A stretch of 62,700 nt of DNA, taken from contig CT867997.1 of NCBI GenBank assembly GCA_000165425.1, forward strand, positions 620,001 through 682,700, written 5' to 3'. This document shows, piece by piece, positions 54,480-62,700 of the stretch (positions within the stretch are counted from its first letter, which is position 1; each line of letters starts with the position of its first letter). The notes below the pieces were generated by a model that was not told where the DNA came from, searched no databases, and worked only from the letters and a program-made list of their open reading frames with translations. The position numbers and the translations under genes are program-made. Origin of the DNA: Paramecium tetraurelia (lineage: Eukaryota).

Positions 54480-57400
54480 ATGCAATAATGTAAATGTATT
54501 TCATGATGATTAGATGATGGAATTGATGAAATTATTTAATTAAATTCATAGACCTAGGAAAAAATTTAAAATTAGAGTGAGGCTGAAAATTTTTCAAAAA
54601 TAAAAGATGGGCTTGATGAATTTTTAGAACTTGTTTGTGATAATATATTATAAAATGAGGAAGAAATAAATGATTATCTGAATGATAATATACTTATAAA
54701 TTTGAATGCCTAAGATAAAAGGAAGGCAATATAATATTTGTTTGGTTTTAAGTAGGGTAATACCAAACTCGACTTTTTAAATAACATCTTGGATTAAAAT
54801 TGCGAAGAACAATTTAATAAATCACCTGAATTAAATGAAAATTAATATTATTTAGATGCTCGTAAAAATAAAGAATACAGTAATATATTAAATAAACTTA
54901 CTAATGACAAATTCATCTTAGTCAATAAGATTCCATCTTAGATAGCCTCTAGTAAGGACTTTCTTGAGAGAATATTAAATACTCAACTCTAAAAAGTACA
55001 TCTACTATTTGATTATAATGAATATTAGTAAGGATTAAAATAACTAACTTAAATTGAACTTATAAACATTCTTTCATAATTTATCGATGATACTGATGAA
55101 AAGTTACAATAAATTATTGGATCTATTTCCATACGTTAATGCTCTTAATTTTAGACCTATAATGATTGGATCTAAGAATAAGAATAAAATCTATTTACAA
55201 CTTAATAAAATTAGAAATTCTTAAATGAACTTCTTTGTTTAGATCTAATTAAAATATAGAAAGACTTAATTACATTCATATCATAATAAATTGGAAAACT
55301 TAATCATAGTGATCTAAATAAAAAAAAAAATTAATAATAAGGGGTATTAAGAATTTTTTAAGAAACCCTAAAGATGTAAATTTGTTGTAATTTGTCACTA
55401 GATTAAATATATTTTGCAATAACTTTTTATTTTTGGATAAAGCATCATAATAAGATTGTTAAATTTCATTAAGAAATCTCAAAACCATTAGGATAAGTTA
55501 CAGATAAAAAAAAGGAAAATGTTCTTCAAACGAAATTAAAATAGTATAAAAAAGAAAATAAAGAATAAGATTCCATTCATAATTTCTTGATGGATAAAAT
55601 CATTTTTTACAAATCTGATCAATAATAATTTTTAAAGCCAAATTAACAAGAAAGAAATTCAAATGATTATTAAGTCTAAAATATTTCAAACTACTTTTCA
55701 AAAATATTTAATTAATGCTTTAATATGGATTCGAAAATGGCTGATGGAATGGATTAACAATCCAATTTCATTCAATTTTTGAATCAACTTCAAGAGTTTC
55801 ATTTTTACCAAACTTAGATTTGATGAAAATAATTAAGGCTTAAAGAATTTTATTTTAAATACTTTGGATTAACTCTCAAAAATGATAGTATTTTTGAAAT
55901 TTTAAAATATATTCCTAATTCGGAATCAGAATTAATTATTTTTTTGCATATGCTTTAAGATTTAAATAAGAGAATGGATTATATATTATATTATTTAATA
56001 CTAGATATTTTGGAACTTATCATAATGAAAGATACCACTAAATGTTAGAATGTCAAAATTTTTAGAGATTAATTTGAAGATTTATAATCATTCCTATGTA
56101 TTGAGAATTGTATCAAACTTAAATCTATTATTTTTAAAAATTCTCTATTTAATTTAGATGAATGTACCAATATATTAAAGGAAATTTTTAATGAAGTGTA
56201 TATCAAATTTAAAGAGGGTTCGTCAGAAAAATAAAGGAATTTTTAGTTTTTAGTAACTCTTGGTGGAAAAGATTATGGGAATCAATTTTTGATGTTATTT
56301 CATTGCTTTAAAAATAAGGATATCCAAAACTAAATTATTAATATTGTAATCAGAATTTAATTTTTCAAGAAAAATAGAAATTTAGATATGTTTAAATAAT
56401 GTTGTAATGACCTTTTTATGTTAGATGAGGGAATTTATGATAAATGTTATGAATAATTTAATGATATTACTGAATTTTAAATTACACCTTAATTCTTTCA
56501 ACATAAGAAAATACATGGAAGCTATCCTACTAAAATCAATATATCAATTGAATAATTTATTCTATCTAGAACTGAATAGAAAAAAAACAATTAAATAATA
56601 AAATGGGTATCTAATTTAAATAACTGTGAATATTTTTTGTCTCTTCTTCCTTTTTTATTTGATATTATTAAAAGAGGAGAATCAATTGAGCCTTTGCTTG
56701 ATTAAGTCAATAAAAATACAGGTATCGAAAACATAGAATTTATGAATTTCAAAGTTATCTTTTAAATTTTATATAATAATTCCGATAAATAGCTGCAAAT
56801 CCTACTATTAAAAAACTTATCCTATAATTATCCTATTCCCTTTGTTTATTAAAATCCCAATTTAGATAATATCCAAGTGGAAGCAGATTTATATTTGATT
56901 AATCCTAATATTTATTTCTTATTATAAAAACAATACAGCATTATTAACGTTTCTTTCAGTAAATTGTAAACTTAAATTGGTAAGACTTAATTAATTAATA
57001 GCGTATTTTATCGAAAAGATAAATTTAATATTTAAGATACTAATAATTTAAATAGAAATACTATCGATCTGATGCTGGATAAGGAATTCAATGGATCTAG
57101 AAATTTACTAATTGCTGACGCTCATGGGTATATTCCATAAAGCTTGTTGTTGAAAATTTTGCCATTATTTAGTTTTTGGATAATATAGATGGACACTGAG
57201 GAAGAATTAAAAGAGAATCTTGAATAAATTAAAAACTTAAATAAAAAATTCAAAATAATAAATCATAAGATTCTATTTATTGTTAGAAACTCAAAAAGTA
57301 AATAAATTGACTAATCTCTCCAAGAAGAATTAAACAAAAATTATATCTAACTCTACTAAATTCAAAATTTATCTTCAAAAGGTATAAACAATTAGTTGAT

Positions 57401-60400
57401 TTATTAACAAATTAAGCTTTTGCAGGAATAAATTTTTAATTAGATTGCGAATCATGAGGAATTCAAGCCATTTAATTAAGAAAATTTTATTTAGATCTTA
57501 AGAACTGAGGACCAAGAAGAATTATAAAAGTTAAATATTTTATTATAAGAAATCAAAGATGAAGCAGAAATATATTTTAATGATACAAAAGGATTTTACA
57601 ACTCAAAAGCATTTCCTTTAAGATATTTTGATAAAATTATAAAAGAATTGCAGGAAGAGGAATCACAACTTTTTGAAGTCTCACAATTTTGTTTAACATA
57701 GGAAATACATCAACTTTAGTAAAAAATTCAAAATTATTAAAATTTTTTAAAATAACAAAATCCAAGTAAGCTATTAAAATTATTTAAATAATTAATTTGT
57801 TTTGAAAATTATAGTTCATACATTACTTTAATCTAAGTTATCTCTGATTTGACTAGAGAATCTACTTAAAAATTATAGATAATAAATTCTGATTTATTAG
57901 ATAAACTTCAAGTTTAAAAATTAGAAAATAGAGAAGATAAAGAAGGGCTAAAAAAATTAAAATAATATTTTGAAGAATGTGAAAAAGAACTTTAATCTAA
58001 AAGTCTTAATATTGATATATTTTGGAGAGAACATATCAAGCATTGTTTTTAAATAAATTAATGCCAAGAAGTCGCAGATTAAATAGTAAAATTATTAATG
58101 AAAGGTGAAGCATTTGAACTTTTAGATGGAGAATAATTAATAATGAATATTGGTTTTTTTGAACTTATAGTAAAATGTTTTGAAAAAATAAGTAAAAATA
58201 ATAAAATTCTTGTTATTGGAATTTTGGGACCTTAAAGCTCAGGCAAATCTACGATCTTAAACAAGATTTTTGGATGCCATTTTTTCTCGAGCGTAGGAAA
58301 ATCAACTAAAGGGATATACTTTCAAATGATATAAGTTCAGAAAAATTCAATATTTGAAAATTAGTTTGATTTTATTTTAATATTAGATACAGAAGGATTA
58401 TAGAGTCCAAATTAAAAAGATCCACTATTCGATAAAAGGATTTCCCTATTTATATTTGCTATCTGTGATATTATTTTAATTAATGTGAAGGGTGAGATTA
58501 ATTCTTAATTTAAAAATCTTGTTGAAATATGTATTTATTCTTTGGCTTAAATTTAAAATGCATTATCAAATACAAAATAAATTAGTTGGTGTTTTAACCA
58601 AAATATTGATACTTCAAATAAATCGCCATTTATTGAACAATTAACTTAATTAACAAAATAATTATTCGATGATAACGGGTAATTTGGAAAAAATAAAGAT
58701 AAATAATAGGATATCTTAGAATTAATAGAAATTAAAAAGGAAAATATCCAAATTTTAAGTACTACAACAACAATGGAAACCTGGAATATCGAAGGATTAC
58801 AATAATTTTGGACATAACTTATTCCAAATGAATCATATTCTAAAGATGCTTACAAATATGGTATATAATTGATACACAATTATTTTGAAAAGTGCCAAAA
58901 AAAATAGTAAAGTTTTTGTGGATAACTACTAGAAAATTTTTTTTTAAATTCATATAAAATGTGGGAAACTATTTCAAAATTACCAGATCTATTGGAATTT
59001 TCAGAATTGATTTCATTATAATAAAACTAACTAATTTCAAAATTTTATTATCAACTTTGGAATGAAAATAAATTAACATTCAAATCTTAAATATCAACCC
59101 TAATAAAACAGAAAATCGAATAGCTTAATTTTGATTTAAATTTCAAGCATTTATAAGAAATTTAATAGGAATTAGAATTAAAGTTATCGATAGAATGCAA
59201 AATAATAAATAAAAAGATTGAAGAAAAGCTAAATTAATTCAAAGAGGAAAAAAACATTTAAAAAAACATATATTAAAAATTTATAATTAAATTATAAAAT
59301 GAAATTCATAACCTTTAAACAGAATGTAATTTTTTTATAAATGAGTAAATTAAAAATTAAGAAATCGAATATTAAATACGTCGAGGTTTTGGTGAAATTA
59401 ATAAGTACATCAATTAATTAAGTCCAGAAATTAGAACCTAATTACAAAATGATGAAACATTATTGTAAAATTAATTCAATATCATTTGGGAAAAAATAAA
59501 AATTTAATAATTATAGTAAAGAAAAGTCAAATTTGATGAAATTTAAACTGCATCTCTTAAATAAATCAAAAGCTATTTTTAGGAATATTAGTTAACTTTT
59601 CACAAAGATAGTAACTTTTAAAGTTTTTTTCATGAAAAAATAAATAAAATTGATCAGAAAGAAGAAGAAAAAGACAAAATTTTTTTGTAATACTAAGAAA
59701 TACTAATGCAAAATTAATTTACAAAATTGCCAAAAGAGGACTTCTATCATATAAATTTTGAAATACTGGGCTTTGATTAAAAAATTGAAAAGTCTTAAGG
59801 CTCGTTCTTATCTTTAGATAAACTATTTTAAGTAAATTATAATATAAATTATGTACTTAATAGAGAACTAAAACAATATTTTTAAAATTATTTTTAAGAA
59901 GATCTTTAAAAAGCTAAAAAGCTTGAAAAGATTTAGGATTTATTGCAAATCCTTGACTTATTTTAAGTGGGGTATGATTAAATTAGCAAAAATAAAATCC
60001 TTTAATTATTTAACAAAGACTAAAAAGAATATTAAAATTCTTGTTCCTAATTTACATAAACATTTAAGTTTAATGATTTAGATCGATAACGTAAATTTTA
60101 AAAATTGGATCTAAATTTATTAGAAAAATTGAAAAAATCAAAATTAAAATTTTATTAAAGAAAAATCTAGGATACAGAAATAAATGATTTCAGAAAAGAA
60201 AATATAATTATATCGTAAGCATGTGATAATGTAGTAAGTAAAGAATTTAGCAGCAAATATTGCGTTTATATTAGCAATCCTCAAAAATACCGTTTTGCTG
60301 AGTCTTTTCAAGTAGAGTTTAATTAAATGGTTAATAAAAATCGAATATGGAATAAAATTTATTCTGAGATATATGATAAAATAAAAACCTCAATATTGGA

Positions 60401-62440
60401 ATTAGCAGAGAATACAGAAATTATCTCAAAAGACATAATTCAAGGAGTGATGCAATAAATATGCGATTTTAGTGAAAATCGTTACAAACCGTAATTTTCT
60501 TTATATGGCCTTTAATTATCTGATATGGGATAAAGATGCATCTATTATTACAGTTTGCACATAATTTGGAGATTTTATTGTTTAAAGATTTGGAAAAAGT
60601 TTGAAGAAAATTAAAAGTTAGTTGAGAATAGCAAGAATGATTAATGGGAATCTTTCAAACTTGAGATACATTAGCATAAATTTAAATTAAGCATGTAAAA
60701 AGGTAAATTGCTTGCTAATTATTTGATTGAAAAGTCTCAATAGATTTTTTATTTAGATAAGAGAATTGAAATTGAAGATTTTCTTAAGAGAGAGCTAAAA
60801 AAAAATGAAAATTTAGTAAAGTACTTGGATGATAAAATAATTACAAAAAGGTAAAAAATTGAACTATTAAATGAGATGACAGATTAGGAATAAGTTATGG
60901 AATATCTGACAAATTAATTGAACTTTATTTAATCATATGTAGAAAAATATATAAAGCATATAACAAAATAAATTTAATTACAATACTAAGAATCATTTAA
61001 TCAAGAATTAAGAATTATTTTTCACAGAGTAGAGACAAATGCTAAAAAATTATTAAAAAGCCTTCCCTATTATCCAAGTGTTGAAAACTATTTTGAGAAT
61101 TCTATTAAATCTAAATTCTATAAAATTAAAGATGAAGATTAAAAGAAAAAACAAGAAAACATTCTTGAAATCAAATTATTTAATTTAGTTTTTCAGTACC
61201 TTTTGGAATATGAATAAAAATAGGAAGAAATCGAAGAAATTGATGATTAATACAAAGATTGCTTTATTCATAACTATAAGCGAAAATAAAATATATTAAT
61301 AAACTAGAGGAATGAAATGGATAACTAAATAAATCAAATTCAACCATTTTTATAATCCTTACTTGATAACCTATAATTAGTCAGTTCAATTAACTTTGAC
61401 CTAACTTAACTGCTCATTTAAGAAAGCTTGAACTCATTAAAATTGGCTATGATTGGATGTACTCATTGTTGTCCAATGTGTAATCGTAAATGTGATTCCG
61501 AACCTGAATTTCTCCCTCATTCATGTTAAAATGGTCATTACTTAAGAGGTATTTCTTTATTAAATCTCAGGGATGAATGGTATACTGTTAGGAAATAAGC
61601 CATAATTACAGAGTTGCGAAGAAATAAAAGATGATTAAATCATTGATATCCTTGAAACTAAAAAGCAGATGAAATGGAAAGAAATTAAGAAAATATATCA
61701 AAAATGGAATTTTGCAAGCGTAAGTGTAAATACAAAAATACTTAAGGAAAATAAATTGAAATTGATCAAAATTTGGAATGATGGAATTGGAAACTTAATA
61801 TGCACAAAATTAAGTTAAACATTTAATACCAAAATTTATTATAATACAAGGGAACAATAGGAAATCTTCTATCTTTTTATACTTGATGACTCCTTTTCAA
61901 TGGAAGGAAAAAAAGGAGATGAAATGATGGAAAGCTTAAGATAATAACTCAAATTTCTGAAATCAAATAAATATGCTAAAGTGAGTGTAATTTCATTCAA
62001 TTATAAAGCCTCATTGTAAATAGAATTTAAAAAGCCAAAAGCAAAATTGATTAAATAAATTACGTTAGTAGGAGGAATTACAAATTTTGACCCACCTCTC
62101 AAATTATGTTTAGATTAAATACTAAAATATGAAAAAAAAATTGATTAGTAAAAATTTATATAAACCTAGAGCATATATCCTCCTTTATTCTGATGGGGAA
62201 GGTTCATATCCTCAATAGAGTTTAGCTGAATATATAACATTAAGTTAAGAATTAAGAAATAAAATATCATTTCTGATTTGTACAGCTGGGAGTAAACCTC
62301 AAACTCTACTTAAAATGATTTAGCAATTAACACTTGCATTTCACAAGGTAGAATTGAAGAAAAACATTTAAAGCTCAGATCTGAGTAAATGTTGGAATGA
62401 AATATTAATTAAAACTTGCTAGATGACCACAACTGAATGA
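54480..62440 (+). CDS. very large GTPase (VLIG/GVIN/URGCP-type G domain) with C-terminal vWA domain, about 2600 aa
   Basis: GEAFELLDGE, IGILGPQSSGKSTILN, SVGKSTKG, LDTEGLQS, FDKRISLF, GCTHCCPMCNRKC and the vWA motifs FILDDSFSM/GGITNF/YSDGEG. One frame is kept from 54516 to 61548 apart from TGA-TGA at 55821-55826. Confidence 0.85.
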
Positions 62441-62700
62441 AAAAATTATATTAAACATAAAATTCTGTGTCATTTTACCATTTTGAAATTTCTATGATAA
62501 TATTTTTCAAATTCATAAATGAAGAATCATTTTTAACAGATCAGCAAATTTTCATAAATCATTAATATTTTATAGTCAGAATATTAAATATAGAATTCGA
62601 AATTTCTCTACCAAAAATTAAACATTATCATAGCAATTAATTAACAATCTATTATTTTCTTTTGGAAGCCCTCCATGGGATTGGTGTTGATTACCCATGC

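Noticed and set aside
55806..55852. A retained TA-bounded IES as the explanation for TGA-TGA in the GTPase gene
   Set aside because: The TA pairs that would restore the frame give 24 or 36 nt, which are atypical IES lengths, and the ends lack the TAYAG-like consensus.
62668..62700. GC-rich hairpin CATGGG...CCCATG at the window edge
   Set aside because: It is truncated by the window and could equally be the coding 3' part of a minus-strand gene.

Overview
This is AT-rich, gene-dense eukaryotic DNA from a ciliate macronuclear chromosome, almost certainly Paramecium. TAA and TAG read as Gln and only TGA is a stop. Genes carry tiny GT..AG introns of about 20-30 nt, and intergenic spacers are often under 60 nt. 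The supplied standard-code ORF track therefore shows only gene fragments, so I translated the genes by hand with the ciliate code. About 35 protein genes and one solitary 5S rRNA gene are present. Recognisable products include an HMG-box protein, an FCP/SCP phosphatase, three kinases, a divergent histone H4, a 3-RRM protein, kinesin-2, a Rab-like GTPase, coatomer beta', a TPR protein, GH38 alpha-mannosidase, an S49-like protein, ATP synthase delta, a centrin-like protein, SVIP, eIF3i, a DUSP-like protein, ACAD8, a MORN protein, an SLC6 transporter, and a ~2600-aa VLIG/GVIN GTPase fused to a vWA domain. The main points of interest are: a TPR gene built from 102-nt one-repeat exons separated by 21 phase-1 introns, with one intron apparently lost precisely; a strongly diverged H4 variant; the giant GTPase-vWA gene with an in-frame TGA-TGA and competing splice acceptors; several likely pseudo-enzymes; a decaying vWA pseudogene; and a head-to-head gene pair whose ATGs are 16 nt apart. 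Family assignments come from motif recognition, not database searches.
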